Below, piece by piece: positions 30,344 to 41,654 of a DNA stretch of 64,000 nucleotides (positions are counted from its first letter, which is position 1; each line of letters starts with the position of its first letter). The stretch covers positions 2,944,136 to 3,008,135 of the forward strand of contig JBJBDC010000001.1 in assembly GCA_047285535.1 (NCBI GenBank), written 5' to 3'. Position numbers and translations under genes: made by a program. The DNA is from Synechococcus sp. GTDB lineage: Bacteria; Cyanobacteriota; Cyanobacteriia; PCC-6307; Cyanobiaceae. The notes under the pieces were generated by a model. That model had not been told where the DNA came from, made no database searches, and saw only the letters and a program-made list of their open reading frames with translations.

Positions 30344-31678
30344 ATGCCTAAGGAGGCTGCCAAGAGTGGATTGCCTGCTCGGCGTTTGGCCTGGGGGGTG
30401 TTGGAGGCTGTTGCTGCTGGTGCTTATGCCGATGTGGCCTTAGAGCGGGCCCTGCGCCAGCATCGGTTGTCTCCAGCAGATCGTGGTTTGACCACAGAGC
30501 TGGCCTATGGATGTATTCGATGGCGTCAATGGTTGGATGGCTGGCTGAATCGTCTCGGTAAAATTCCAGCTCACCAACAGCCTCCACGGTTGCGTTGGCT
30601 GTTGCATCTGGGCCTTTACCAGTTGCTGCGAATGCAGCGCATCCCTGCTGCAGCGGCAGTGGACACCACAGTGGAGCTTGCCAAGCGTCACGGCTTCTCT
30701 CGGTTATCAGCGGTTGTGAATGGTGTGCTTCGGTCGGCGCTTCGCGCTAAGGATGCGGGCGAGACGTTGCCATGCCCTGAACAACCTGCAGAACGAATGG
30801 CGTTATGTCATTCGCTTCCCGTTTGGTTGACTGAAAACCTCTTGGAGTGGTTTGAACCGGATCAGGCTGAACGTGTTGCTATCGCATGCAATCAAGTTCC
30901 TCCATTGGATCTACGCGTCAATCGCTTGCGCAGAACGCCTGATGCGGTGGCGGCTGCATTGGCAGAAGCTGGGGTGCCCACCCAGCCGATTGATGGATCC
31001 CCAGATGGCTTGCAGGTGCTTGCACCTGCAGGGGATCTACGGCTTTGGCCGGGCTTTGAACAGGGGCATTGGAGCGTGCAGGATCGATCTGCTCAGTGGG
31101 TGGCTCCGCTGTTGGCTCCTCAGCCTGGTGATCGGATTCTTGATGCTTGCGCTGCTCCTGGTGGAAAGGCGACCCATCTTGCGGAACTGATTGGGGATGT
31201 TGGTGAGATCTGGGCGGTGGATCGTTCGGCTGGCCGTTTGAAAAGAGTGGCGATGAATGCATCACGTTTGGGCTGTGGCTGCATCAAAGCGATGGCCGCT
31301 AATGCGGCCGATTTGCTTGAGCGACAGCCCGACTGGCTTGGATCCTTTCAGCGCATCTTGCTTGATGTTCCTTGCTCCGGACTGGGGACCCTGTCCCGTC
31401 ATCCAGATGCGCGTTGGCGCGTGACGGCAGAGACTGTGGAGGAGCTTCTACCCCTGCAAGCGCGCTTGTTAGACGCAATGTTGCCATTGCTGGCACCTGG
31501 TGGGCGATTGGTTTACGCAACCTGCACGATTCATCCAGCAGAGAATTGTGCCCAAGTCCAAAGGTTTCTTCACGACCACATGGACTTTCATTTGCTATCC
31601 GAGCAGCAGAGCTGGCCTGATCCTGAAGGCGGCGATGGTTTTTATGCTGCGGTCATCACTGCACCGGCAAAGGCCTGA
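30344..31678 (+). CDS. rsmB: 16S rRNA m5C967 methyltransferase
   Basis: NusB-like N-terminus; DACAAPGGK, LDVPCSGLG, YATCT. Confidence 0.95.
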   Translation: MPKEAAKSGLPARRLAWGVLEAVAAGAYADVALERALRQHRLSPADRGLTTELAYGCIRWRQWLDGWLNRLGKIPAHQQPPRLRWLLHLGLYQLLRMQRIPAAAAVDTTVELAKRHGFSRLSAVVNGVLRSALRAKDAGETLPCPEQPAERMALCHSLPVWLTENLLEWFEPDQAERVAIACNQVPPLDLRVNRLRRTPDAVAAALAEAGVPTQPIDGSPDGLQVLAPAGDLRLWPGFEQGHWSVQDRSAQWVAPLLAPQPGDRILDACAAPGGKATHLAELIGDVGEIWAVDRSAGRLKRVAMNASRLGCGCIKAMAANAADLLERQPDWLGSFQRILLDVPCSGLGTLSRHPDARWRVTAETVEELLPLQARLLDAMLPLLAPGGRLVYATCTIHPAENCAQVQRFLHDHMDFHLLSEQQSWPDPEGGDGFYAAVITAPAKA

Positions 31679-33686
31679 AGAACTCATCCACTGGTGGTCC
31701 GCCAGCAGGACTCACATATCGGGGAGTTGGGGCAGGTGCAGGTGCTGATGAGTCTCCCAAGGAATTGGGGTCCGCATCCAATAGATCACGATCCGGAGGT
31801 GGACCATCTCCAGGGATGGGGTTATTCGGGCTGCTTGGTTTCGCTGACCCAGGTCGTCGTACTAACGGCCGTGTGAGCTTGGGCTTGGGTGGAAATTTCT
31901 GAACAGGAAACTCGCCCTTGATCTGATTCATGAACTGCTTCCAAGCCCATGCAGACTCGCCACTGTTGCTTTTCGTCTCTGCATTGTTGTCATGCCCAAA
32001 CCAAACGGCAGTGGTGAGCTGTGGAATGGAGCCGATGAACCAGAGATCACGCCCCCCCTCAGAAGTGCCAGTTTTTCCTGCCACCGGTCGATCATCGAGC
32101 TTTGCGGCAACTCCAGTGCCACCAGTCACGACCCGCTGAAACATCCAGTTCATGGTATCGGCCACCTCACTATCCATGGCTCGTCTTCCTCGCTCGCCAT
32201 CGAGTCTGCGGCTCCATAGCACTTCGCCGCCAGGACCTCGGATCTCTTCAAAAGCGGTGGGTTTCACATACACACCGCGGTTGGCGACAGCGGAATAGGC
32301 GGCTGTCATGTCCAAAACGGTTTGTTCATATGCGCCGATCGCCATCGGGTAATAGCGACCCAGAGGGCGTTCGTTGCCGATACCGAGCTGATTGGCCATG
32401 GCAATGATTGGGTCAAATCCCACCTTGTCTTGCAATTGAACGGCAACTGTATTGAGAGAGTTCTTCAGGGCATCGGCGAGAGAAATCCTTCCAAAATATT
32501 TTTTCCCAAAGTTTTTAGGGCAGTAACCGTTCCAGCAGCGCGGCTTGTCTATAAAAATATCTTCCGGTTTCACTCCGGCATTAATTGCTGCGCTGTAAGG
32601 AAAAAGTTTAAAGGTGGAACCAGGAGATCTCAGTGCCTGTGTGGCGCGGTTGAACTGGCTGGAGTAAAAGTTTTTCCCTCCAACCATTACGCGCACCAAT
32701 CCAGTACCAGGAGCAATCGAGACAATGACTCCTTCCGTTCCATTGGGCGCGATCTCACGCACGACTTTCTGAGCTTTACGCTGCCAATCAAGATTCAGGC
32801 TAGTTCGAATATTTAGGCCTCCTACCTCAAGTTGCTCTGGGGTGAGCAATGTGGGTAATTGCTGGGCGACCCAGGTTGTGAAATAAGGAGCAGTGCTGTT
32901 GAAGTACTTGGGTACAGCAGGTTTGAGTGCCAGTTGGCTATTGCGGGCCTCTTCCTCCTCTGCTTTGGTGATGAATCCTGCCTGCTCCATGCGGCTGAGA
33001 ACAATGCTTCTCCGCTGCAGGGCAATTTCGGGATTCACCAGGGGGGAATAAAGCGAGGGGGCTGGTGGCATGCCAGCGATTAGAGCTGCTTCTGGGAGGG
33101 TTAGCTCTTCTGGTTGCTTAGAGAAATAAACCCATGCAGCATCAGACACTCCATAAGCACTGGATCCGAGATAGACATAATTGAGATACTGCTCAAGGAT
33201 CTGTTCTTTGCTCAGTTGGCGCTCGAGTTTGTAGGCCAGGGCGGCTTCTTTGAGTTTGCGTGTGATCGTTCTGTCTTGGCTCAGAAAGACAGTTCGGGCC
33301 AGTTGTTGGGTGATCGTGCTCGCCCCTTCTCGAACAGAGCCTTGCTTCAAATTGGTCAGGATCGCTCGCCCTACTCCCCAGAGATCAACGCCGTCGTGGT
33401 CATAGAAACGGCGATCTTCAGCTGCGATGAAAGCTTGCCTCACGAGCTGGGGCATTTGGCCTGGCTTGATCTTTTCTCGGGTGGCTGGCCCCAGTTTTTG
33501 GATCACTTCTCCAGTACTGGAGAGAAGATTGATCGTGCCGGGCCTGTTGAAAAGATTGATGCCTCTTGCATCTGGCAAGGTGGCATCGATCGCTCGGGTA
33601 ATGGCTGCCTGTCCGAGTGCAGCTCCACTCCCAATCGCAACGGCGACGCCTGCGATCAGAATCCAGTGACGACGTTTGCGAGTCAA
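31656..33686 (-). CDS. Class A penicillin-binding protein (PBP1A family)
   Basis: EDRRFYDH, GASTITQQL, SxxK (STFK), SLN, KTG. Confidence 0.95.
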   Translation of the reverse strand: MTRKRRHWILIAGVAVAIGSGAALGQAAITRAIDATLPDARGINLFNRPGTINLLSSTGEVIQKLGPATREKIKPGQMPQLVRQAFIAAEDRRFYDHDGVDLWGVGRAILTNLKQGSVREGASTITQQLARTVFLSQDRTITRKLKEAALAYKLERQLSKEQILEQYLNYVYLGSSAYGVSDAAWVYFSKQPEELTLPEAALIAGMPPAPSLYSPLVNPEIALQRRSIVLSRMEQAGFITKAEEEEARNSQLALKPAVPKYFNSTAPYFTTWVAQQLPTLLTPEQLEVGGLNIRTSLNLDWQRKAQKVVREIAPNGTEGVIVSIAPGTGLVRVMVGGKNFYSSQFNRATQALRSPGSTFKLFPYSAAINAGVKPEDIFIDKPRCWNGYCPKNFGKKYFGRISLADALKNSLNTVAVQLQDKVGFDPIIAMANQLGIGNERPLGRYYPMAIGAYEQTVLDMTAAYSAVANRGVYVKPTAFEEIRGPGGEVLWSRRLDGERGRRAMDSEVADTMNWMFQRVVTGGTGVAAKLDDRPVAGKTGTSEGGRDLWFIGSIPQLTTAVWFGHDNNAETKSNSGESAWAWKQFMNQIKGEFPVQKFPPKPKLTRPLVRRPGSAKPSSPNNPIPGDGPPPDRDLLDADPNSLGDSSAPAPAPTPRYVSPAGGPPVDEFFRPLPVQ

Positions 33687-34636
33687 ATTCCCTGAGCCAG
33701 GGAACTATGGCCGATCGCCAAGGCTGTTACCAGCATTCCAAGGACAAGAAATGGCTGGGCGCTTGCCTGATATTTGACGTCGTACTCCACGGGGTCTCGA
33801 AGCAGCCAGATGTCTTGAAAAGTGATCTGAGGCACGATCAACAAGACCAACAACACAGCTGCGAAATGCTGCCCGATCGCCATCAGAACCGCAACCATGA
33901 GGAGTTGGAAGATATCGATCATCCCAGCGCTGATCCAGCTTGCGGGCCCAATTCCAAATGCGACTGGGAGTGACTGAAGGCCGAGGGCGCGATCCCCTTC
34001 AACGCTTTTGAAGTCATTGACCACAGCAATACCTAATCCAGCAAGGCTGTAGGCAAGCGTGAGTAGAGCGGTCGCCCACGTGAGTTGCCCGAAGAGGGCT
34101 TGTCCAGCCCACCATGGAAGAGCGATGTAACTGGCACCAAGGGCGTAATTGCCAAGCCATCCGTTTTGTTTCAACTTGAGCGGAGGTGCTGAATAGATGA
34201 AGCTCACCAACGAGCCTCCAAGGGCGAGCAGAAGTAAGACAGGAGTGGTGTGACCTGCCCAGAGATCTAAACCCCAGGCCACAGCCAGGCCGAAAATCAA
34301 CAGCGTCAAGATCTGAACTTTGACTTGGCCTAAACCAATGGCACCTGAGGGGATTGGGCGATAGGGCTCATTGATGGCATCGATCTCCCGGTCGTAATAG
34401 TCGTTGATGGTTTGGGTGTAGCCGGCAAGAAGAGGGCCACTCATCACCATGCAGGCGAACGCCGCAAGAACATGGTCTAAGCGCCATTCATAGTTACCAC
34501 TTGCTGCAGCGCCACAAACCACACCCCAAATCAAAGGGATCCAAGTGACTGGTTTCATCAGCTGCAGTCGCAGCTTCCAAGTGTTGGAGGTGCCACTGGC
34601 ACCTTTCATTCCCAGCAGCTGACGGGCGTCACTCAC
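33683..34636 (-). CDS. chlG: Chlorophyll synthase
   Basis: LMKPVTWIPLIWG, NDYYDREIDAINEPYRPIPSG, NDFKSVEGD. Confidence 0.98.
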   Translation of the reverse strand: MSDARQLLGMKGASGTSNTWKLRLQLMKPVTWIPLIWGVVCGAAASGNYEWRLDHVLAAFACMVMSGPLLAGYTQTINDYYDREIDAINEPYRPIPSGAIGLGQVKVQILTLLIFGLAVAWGLDLWAGHTTPVLLLLALGGSLVSFIYSAPPLKLKQNGWLGNYALGASYIALPWWAGQALFGQLTWATALLTLAYSLAGLGIAVVNDFKSVEGDRALGLQSLPVAFGIGPASWISAGMIDIFQLLMVAVLMAIGQHFAAVLLVLLIVPQITFQDIWLLRDPVEYDVKYQASAQPFLVLGMLVTALAIGHSSLAQGI

Positions 34637-34647
34637 GACTTCAATCC

Positions 34648-34869
34648 TCAGACTGGCGCGATTTCGTCTTCGAAGAACCAGCTGGTCGAGCCATCACTGA
34701 GCTGAATCACCACGCCGATTCCTTGTCCGTCAACAGTCCGAAACTCAATTACGGTGCCGGAGGAATCTTTTTTGAGAAGCTCTACGAGTGCAGCAGGAAT
34801 GCGATCTCGGACTCGGGTGACTCGGACCTTTGAACCGATGTCGATCGTGACTGACGTCTGTTGTGACAT
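34648..34869 (-). CDS. petP: Cytochrome b6f subunit PetP (DUF2862)
   Basis: [15 protein letters not shown]...[10 protein letters not shown]...SWFFEDEI. Confidence 0.85.
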   Translation of the reverse strand: MSQQTSVTIDIGSKVRVTRVRDRIPAALVELLKKDSSGTVIEFRTVDGQGIGVVIQLSDGSTSWFFEDEIAPV

Positions 34870-34923
34870 GGCCTGCAAGGCTTGAGAAGTGGCCGCAACC
34901 CTAACAGCCTATTTTCAACTGAC

Positions 34924-35712
34924 ATGGTCGCTCTTCGTTTGATTCCTTGCCTCGACGTGGCTAATGGCCGGGTGGTGAAAGGTGTCAATTTTGTTGGCCT
35001 GCGCGATGCAGGCGATCCGGTGGAACTGGCCTGTCGTTACAGCGAGGCCGGAGCCGATGAACTGGTGTTCTTGGATATTGCTGCCAGCCATGAGGGGCGA
35101 GCCACATTGGTTGATTTGGTGCGTCGAACCGCTGCCAGTGTGACCATTCCCTTCACGGTGGGGGGTGGAATCGGTTCTGTGGAGGGGATCACGGAACTGT
35201 TGCGTGCTGGTGCTGACAAGGTGAGTCTCAACTCATCGGCTGTGCGACGTCCTGAACTGGTGTCAGAGGGGGCCGAGCGTTTTGGCTGCCAGTGCATCGT
35301 TGTCGCGATTGATGCGAGGCGTCGGTTGAGTGGCGGTTGGGATGTTTATGTCAAAGGTGGCCGTGAAAACACAGGCTTGGATGCGGTGGACTGGGCGCGT
35401 CAAGTTGCTGCGTTTGGCGCAGGAGAGATTCTTCTGACATCGATGGATGGAGATGGAACCCAAGCGGGTTACGACCTAGCACTGACGCGAGCGGTGGCTC
35501 AGGCTGTTGGGATTCCCGTGATTGCCTCTGGTGGGGCCGGATGTCTGGATCACATCGAAGCCGCTCTCGACTCTGGGCCAGGGGGAGGGCATGCATCGGC
35601 GGCTTTGCTGGCGTCACTCCTTCATGACGGCGTACTTACCATTGAGCAAATCAAGCAGCATCTGCAAAGCAGTGGACTGCTGATCAGACCCATAGAGGCT
35701 GAGATGTCTTGA
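34924..35712 (+). CDS. hisF: Imidazole glycerol phosphate synthase cyclase subunit
   Basis: [32 protein letters not shown]. Confidence 0.98.
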   Translation: MVALRLIPCLDVANGRVVKGVNFVGLRDAGDPVELACRYSEAGADELVFLDIAASHEGRATLVDLVRRTAASVTIPFTVGGGIGSVEGITELLRAGADKVSLNSSAVRRPELVSEGAERFGCQCIVVAIDARRRLSGGWDVYVKGGRENTGLDAVDWARQVAAFGAGEILLTSMDGDGTQAGYDLALTRAVAQAVGIPVIASGGAGCLDHIEAALDSGPGGGHASAALLASLLHDGVLTIEQIKQHLQSSGLLIRPIEAEMS

Positions 35713-35744
35713 CGTAGATGATGCCTTTTTAAGGTAATTTTTGT

Positions 35745-35966
35745 TTGAATGTTGCTCCGCTAGCAATGACTCGCCAACAGGCGTTGCCTATTGGAATTGT
35801 GTTGGTTGTTGTGGTCATCATATTGATTGCATGGGCATTGCAGTTGATGCAATCTGCCTTGGATCAGAGAGAATTTTCGTTGATGCTCGCCGGTTGTTTG
35901 GTTTGTTCAGCTGCAGTTGGTCTGGCCACCGTGATGTTGATCACCTTTAACGGATTGATTCTTTGA
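35745..35966 (+). CDS. Small hypothetical membrane protein
   Basis: Two hydrophobic segments; lies between hisF and ubiE. Confidence 0.7.
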   Translation: MNVAPLAMTRQQALPIGIVLVVVVIILIAWALQLMQSALDQREFSLMLAGCLVCSAAVGLATVMLITFNGLIL

Positions 35967-35976
35967 GCTTCTTCTC

Positions 35977-36678
35977 GTGAAACCTCGTGATTCTGCAGCG
36001 ATAGAGGAGTTATTTAATGAGGTGGCTCCTCGCTATGACCGCCTGAATGATTTGCTGAGTTTGGGCCTTCATCGACAGTGGAAGCGTCAACTCCTCTCTT
36101 GGCTAAGCCCACAAGCTGGCGAGCGTTGGCTTGATCTGTGCTGTGGTACTGGGGACCTTGCCATTGCTTTGGCGCGGAAGTTAAGACCGGAGGGCTCGGT
36201 TTTGGGTTTGGATGCTGCAGCCGCTCCGCTGGCTTTAGCAACTGAAAAAGCCAATCAAGAGCCTTGGTTGCCAGTGCGATGGATGCAAGGGGATGCCCTC
36301 TCGACAGACTTGCCAGATCAGAGATTTGATGGGGTTGTGATGGCCTATGGATTACGCAACCTTGCCGACCCGTTCGTGGGATTTCAGGAGATGGCAAGAG
36401 TGTTGAAGTCTGGAGGGCGTGCTGCTGTACTGGATTTCAATCGGCTGCCTCAAGGGAGTGCGGCGGCAACGTTTCAAAAGGCCTACCTGCGCCGTGTGGT
36501 TGTACCAGTGGCGACCGTAGTAGGCCTTGAAGATCACTACGCTTATCTCGAAACAAGTTTGGAGCAGTTTCTGACAGGGGTTGAGCAGGAAAATTCGGCT
36601 CTCGCTGCTGGATTTACGTCTGCCCACCATCGTGTTCTAGTCGGAGGTCAGATGGGTGTGCTGCTTCTCATTCGTTAA
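35977..36678 (+). CDS. ubiE: Demethylphylloquinone/menaquinone methyltransferase (UbiE/MenG)
   Basis: YDRLNDLLSLGLHRQWK, LDLCCGTGD, YGLRN. Confidence 0.93.
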   Translation: MKPRDSAAIEELFNEVAPRYDRLNDLLSLGLHRQWKRQLLSWLSPQAGERWLDLCCGTGDLAIALARKLRPEGSVLGLDAAAAPLALATEKANQEPWLPVRWMQGDALSTDLPDQRFDGVVMAYGLRNLADPFVGFQEMARVLKSGGRAAVLDFNRLPQGSAAATFQKAYLRRVVVPVATVVGLEDHYAYLETSLEQFLTGVEQENSALAAGFTSAHHRVLVGGQMGVLLLIR

Positions 36679-36761
36679 GGATGGTTGAGGCCTGCTGAGT
36701 TGCTTGCGATCTTCCTTGATATGGGATTAAGAAAGAAAAGCTTAAGAAATGGAGGTTTGCG

Positions 36762-37115
36762 TTGGCCTTTCCTTTCCCTTCATTGCTGGCTTCGATCGAA
36801 GATCTTTTGGTCGAGGTGGAATGGTTGGACGGGATGATCCTCGTCACTGAGTCCCAGAAGGCCACCTTCGTGTCCCTGACGCAAGTGAATCCTGTGCTGA
36901 CCAGATTGCGTTCCAGGCCGCGTGGCGCAGAAGTTGCCGAAAAGTTGAGCTCGTCACTGTTGAAAGCACAAGGGAATCGTGCCAGTAAACCTGTACTGGT
37001 TTTTCAGGGGGATGGGCGCTTTTGGTTGGGAATTGTCAGCCCCAGCTTGTCCCGATCTGATCCTCAACGACGGCGCGCGATTTCACATCTTTATCGCTGT
37101 TTCTCGCAGGGCTGA
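36762..37115 (+). CDS. Conserved hypothetical protein
   Basis: 117-aa ORF, EVEWLDGMILVT...KPVLVFQGDGRFWLG. Confidence 0.7.
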   Translation: MAFPFPSLLASIEDLLVEVEWLDGMILVTESQKATFVSLTQVNPVLTRLRSRPRGAEVAEKLSSSLLKAQGNRASKPVLVFQGDGRFWLGIVSPSLSRSDPQRRRAISHLYRCFSQG

Positions 37116-37374
37116 TGTCTGTCATGTGAAGGCCATCGTCGGTCCTTCTAAGTTAATATTAAATCTTTGCTTGGATGCAACTCTTGATGATCGATTTGTT
37201 TTCCGCGTGTTGAATCAATGGATGTTTTTTGTTTTAAGAAGAAAAATTCATTGACAAGTGATTATTTTGCTTGAATTTAAATTATCTATTGATCTGTCTT
37301 TTCTTTTTGAGTTGGCTGTTTGTTCTTGCGGTATTTCCTGTGGCTGCTAGCTTTTTAGAAGTACATCTCATTGA

Positions 37375-37968
37375 TTGAAGAGGCCCTCCACGCTGGCTTT
37401 ATTTGTAGCTGTTGCAGGCCTCGGCTTGCTGAGCTTGCTTCTTTATGCGGGGTTTTTTTACTCCAATGCCAGACGTGCCGTTCAGTCCTCGAGTGAGGAC
37501 AATAGCTCTGTGTATCCGTCCAAGGAAGCGGCTGAAGATGTGGCTAACCAGTGGATTGCCCTTGGCGGTGTTTATGTCGTGCAGACCCTGAAGAACGTCC
37601 GGCGATCTGTACCTCTATCAGAACTCGAAAAGATAAAACTTAGGTCCCAACGAGAGCAGTCTTTAAGGCGCAAAATTGAGGATCGATATAGTGCGTGCCT
37701 TGCCCAGGCTGAGAATGATCTGGCGAAGGAATTGTGCTCATTTGGTCCATATGGTGTGCAACCAGATCCTGAGACTAAGATTCCAAAGGTCAAGACGATT
37801 GAAGTGAAGCAGGTTCAAAATGCTGAATATCCTCGTCGAAAATGTACCCATGTGCACGAATTAAGATCGTTTGATTGTGTCGAGCTGGATGTTGCTCGTG
37901 ACTCTATTGTGAGTGATCTTGACCCTGAGCCGATGCCTGTCAAGGTCCGTCTTAGATTTAATTACTAG
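37375..37968 (+). CDS. Hypothetical membrane-anchored protein
   Basis: N-terminal TM segment, 4 Cys, 197 aa. Confidence 0.7.
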   Translation: MKRPSTLALFVAVAGLGLLSLLLYAGFFYSNARRAVQSSSEDNSSVYPSKEAAEDVANQWIALGGVYVVQTLKNVRRSVPLSELEKIKLRSQREQSLRRKIEDRYSACLAQAENDLAKELCSFGPYGVQPDPETKIPKVKTIEVKQVQNAEYPRRKCTHVHELRSFDCVELDVARDSIVSDLDPEPMPVKVRLRFNY

Positions 37969-39114
37969 GTTTCATAAATGTTTCCAGAGTCAAGGCCTTC
38001 ATCCATTGGTCTGTGCAGGGTATTCAATTGATTGGCAAGTGAGAATTTAATCTGTTGCTTGACTACCTCTGAATCGTATGTGGTTGCCTTACTATTTAAA
38101 AAAATAATTGTCAAATCCATTATGAAAGATAGGGGTCTAAGTCTCTCTCTGAATGTAGTCTTTGTGCTTTAAGTGGCTGGCCAAATCGTATGTCAGTATC
38201 TTGCTGTGGAAGTCTCTTCGGTTTTTTATATTTCAGAGATCAATTGTGAAGATGTGATGATTGCGCTGAGCCTGAATCAAGCTGATTCACAGCCCTGGCT
38301 GTCTTGAGTTGTTGGTAATTGTTATGCCGGTGTTCCAATCGATTCAGAGTGGTTTGGTCTGTATTGCCTAGCGACTCGGTTGAGAAATATGGAAGCCTTT
38401 GCTTCTTCAGGGATGCACCGAAGCCTTGGCTGTCTGGGGTGAGTGCAGTGAAGGATAAAAATGAGAGGGCTCTCAAACCCTCTCAGTGGGTCTTGCTTCC
38501 GCCTAGTCACTATGGCTTTTTCGTCGGTAGGGATGTGACAAGCAGGCGGTTAAGTCGCTACTAAATCAGTCTGAGGTGAAAATGAGGCGATATCAAGAAG
38601 AGTGATTGTCTATTGCGGACCACTTTGGTTGATGCATGCAGCCCGCTTGAGTCGACAATCACTATGAAGAGTTCTCGATTGGATGACCCTTGAGATAGTG
38701 GATTGCTTTTCGTTGGTCAAGAAAATGATGCTTTCTAAAGAGAATCTAGGTCTGGCTTCTGTTCCCTCGAAGTGGGGTCTGGTTGTGTTGTCTTTGTATT
38801 CAGTTGAGAAGTCTGTGCTCGTCTAACCTTCATTGCTAGGAGTTCTCTGTGTTGCCTGCCTGTTTCGGATGAGTCCAATGAACGTGAATGGCTGGCGATT
38901 TCTCGGAACTCAGTGAGCAATACACATAAAGGTGCTTTTAAATCAACTTTATCGTTGTGTTTATTTTGGTTTGCCCAACAAATTGTCAATTTTTTCGTTT
39001 TCTGCCATCATCATTTGTTCGCAAGGAATGTTGTCGTTTGAGTTTTTGTGTGGAAGGCATTTGTCCTTGCTTCGCGTATTCAAGTCAGAGTATTTTGTGT
39101 CTTGGCAGTCTTTT

Positions 39115-39870
39115 TTAGCGGAGATAGAGGGCACTATGGCATGCCTCGATTGCATTTGTGTCTTCTGTTGAAACCCATAGATAATCCTGATGGGTACCAT
39201 CCCAGCCTGGGTTTTTTTGTTTGTTGAAATTGCTTATATTTCGCTGTAGCGTAAATCTGTTGCTCAACAATAAATTATTGATGTCAAATGCATTGGATTT
39301 TCTTGTTTCGACGATTAAAATTCTTGGCAATGGTCCTTCAAGCATGCCTTTTAGAGCAGAAAGCTCAAAGCCTTCTATATCTATTATCATGATGTCGATC
39401 CTGTTTGCACCACACTGACTAATTAGATCACTAATTGTATTCATTGGTACTTTGATTAGCTGTTCTCGTTTCGGCGTGGACCCGAATTGGATTACATGCC
39501 TAAGAAAAGAATAAATATTTCTTAGTGAACTTGTCATGGTGTTTCTTTTTGCGTCTGATTTGCACGAGCCTGTAAGGGCTCCTTCTGCAAAATTCCCAGT
39601 AATAAACATGTCTTTATTCTCCCCTATAGCACAATTGAATAGCCAAGAATTTGGTCTGTTTTTGCTTAGTTGTTGATATGCTTTAGGTGATGGTTCTACT
39701 AGCAATCCTTGCCATCCTAGAGGCTCAAGGTCAATGGTATTGTTTTGGGTTAAGCCGTCATTTGCGCCAGCTTCAAAAAAATAATGTTTTTCGTCCGGTT
39801 CAAGAGAGGATAATGCTTTTGCGATGCTATAAATTTTACTTGGTAAATCAATTTCTGCTTCGGAGTTCAT
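39115..39870 (-). CDS. FkbM-family methyltransferase
   Basis: FFEAGANDG, GLLVEP, IDIMIIDIEGFE; AT-rich. Confidence 0.9.
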   Translation of the reverse strand: MNSEAEIDLPSKIYSIAKALSSLEPDEKHYFFEAGANDGLTQNNTIDLEPLGWQGLLVEPSPKAYQQLSKNRPNSWLFNCAIGENKDMFITGNFAEGALTGSCKSDAKRNTMTSSLRNIYSFLRHVIQFGSTPKREQLIKVPMNTISDLISQCGANRIDIMIIDIEGFELSALKGMLEGPLPRILIVETRKSNAFDINNLLLSNRFTLQRNISNFNKQKNPGWDGTHQDYLWVSTEDTNAIEACHSALYLR

Positions 39871-40543
39871 GGAAATGATAAAGGTTGTCTAAATCACTTT
39901 ATCGTTCAGGCCCAGATCCCGCTAGGTGTTTTCGGGTTTCAATATGTTGTAGTCCGTTAACGCCGTGATGTGAAATTTCTGATGTCTTTGCATTGTTGCT
40001 AGTTGTTGGTTCGCGGATTTTCCGCAAACTGAACTCTATGCTGTTGTCCTTTTGTCTTCCGGCTAAGTTTTTTTGTTTTGTCTCTCGTATTCTTTGTCTT
40101 TGATGAGAGTTGTTGAATCAAATAGTCCTGAAGTTATCTATTTGTTTTCGCGGATGTAGTTTCGCTCTGTCTTGGCGCTTCGGGAATGGCTGTGCAATGA
40201 ATGTATGGCATCCTATCCAACAAGTTGTGATTTTTCTATAAGGCTTTCTGGTGCGGTTTTGTTGTTCTTGGCGTTGTTGTCTTTTGAATAGCTGTCTTGA
40301 CTTGTATCGATCGATAAACTATGGGTTTTACATGCTGTTTTGAGCTGCGTGTAAACGGCGTTGCTTCTTCAGTACATGTGTATTGGTATCGGTTGGAAAG
40401 GAAAGCGCTTTGGGAGAATGGTTTTTTATCACTTCTCGCTTGGCTGGAAACAGCTTTCAGAATACTTTTGATGTCTCGCTCAATGTCGTTCCCAACCGGC
40501 TCGTAGCCGTAGTTAGTCCAGTAATCATGATGGAGATTAATTA

Positions 40544-41434
40544 GTGCACTTCCAGGACATCATCAGCACGCTCAATCGTTATTGGGGTGAACAGGGTTGC
40601 GTTTTGTTGCAGCCTTATGACACTGAAAAGGGTGCTGGAACGATGAGCCCCCATACGGTGCTTCGGGCGATTGGACCTGAGCCTTGGGCGGTGGCCTACC
40701 CGGAACCTTGCCGGCGTCCCACCGATGGGCGTTATGGCGATAACCCCAACCGGGCTCAGCACTACTTCCAATACCAAGTGCTGATCAAGCCTTCTCCTGA
40801 TGGTATTCAGGAGGCCTATCTCAATTCTCTCGCGGCTCTTGGTATTTCCGCTGCAGATCATGACATTCGCTTTGTGGAAGACAACTGGGAGTCACCAACT
40901 CTTGGGGCTTGGGGTGTGGGCTGGGAGGTGTGGTTAGACGGTATGGAGGTCACCCAGTTCACGTACTTCCAACAATGTGGTGGCATCGACTGCAGGCCTG
41001 TATCGATTGAGATCACTTACGGCCTAGAACGCTTAGCGATGTACCTACAGGATGTGGAAAGCATTTGGGATTTGAGTTGGAATGCTGAACGCAGTTATGG
41101 GGATATTTGGCTTCCCTTTGAAAAGGGGCAATGTCATTTCAACTTCGAAGCGTCAAATCCTGATCGTCTGAAACAGCTCTTTGCACTCTACGAGGCAGAA
41201 GCAGCGGATCTCATTGAACAAAAGTTGCCAGCTCCTGCCCTTGATTTTGTACTCAAATGCAGTCACACCTTTAATCTACTCGAAGCTCGTGGCGTGATTT
41301 CGGTTACAGAACGGACCGCTACGATCGGCCGTATTCGTAACCTTGCTCGACAAGTAGCAGAAGCTTGGTTGGCAGAACGAGAGGCGTTGGGATTTCCTTT
41401 GCTGCCAAAAACATCGGCGGTTGTGGGGCAATAA
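40544..41434 (+). CDS. glyQ: Glycine-tRNA ligase alpha subunit
   Basis: [34 protein letters not shown]. Confidence 0.99.
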   Translation: MHFQDIISTLNRYWGEQGCVLLQPYDTEKGAGTMSPHTVLRAIGPEPWAVAYPEPCRRPTDGRYGDNPNRAQHYFQYQVLIKPSPDGIQEAYLNSLAALGISAADHDIRFVEDNWESPTLGAWGVGWEVWLDGMEVTQFTYFQQCGGIDCRPVSIEITYGLERLAMYLQDVESIWDLSWNAERSYGDIWLPFEKGQCHFNFEASNPDRLKQLFALYEAEAADLIEQKLPAPALDFVLKCSHTFNLLEARGVISVTERTATIGRIRNLARQVAEAWLAEREALGFPLLPKTSAVVGQ

Positions 41435-41654
41435 TGATGCAGAATGCTCTAGGAGAATTCACGCTTGATTGAAATTTTCTAAAAATGTTTTGACTGTGTT
41501 GGTTGCTCGATAAAAGGTGGTTACCGCACGATTCATTGTTGGCTAGGTCATTCCTTGATCCATAACAAGCTGACATTTGAGGAACAGTTTGTGCATGGCT
41601 CATCAGGCAATGGCTCTCTTTTCCTTCTTTTTTTAGGGGAATGGTTTAACCAGC

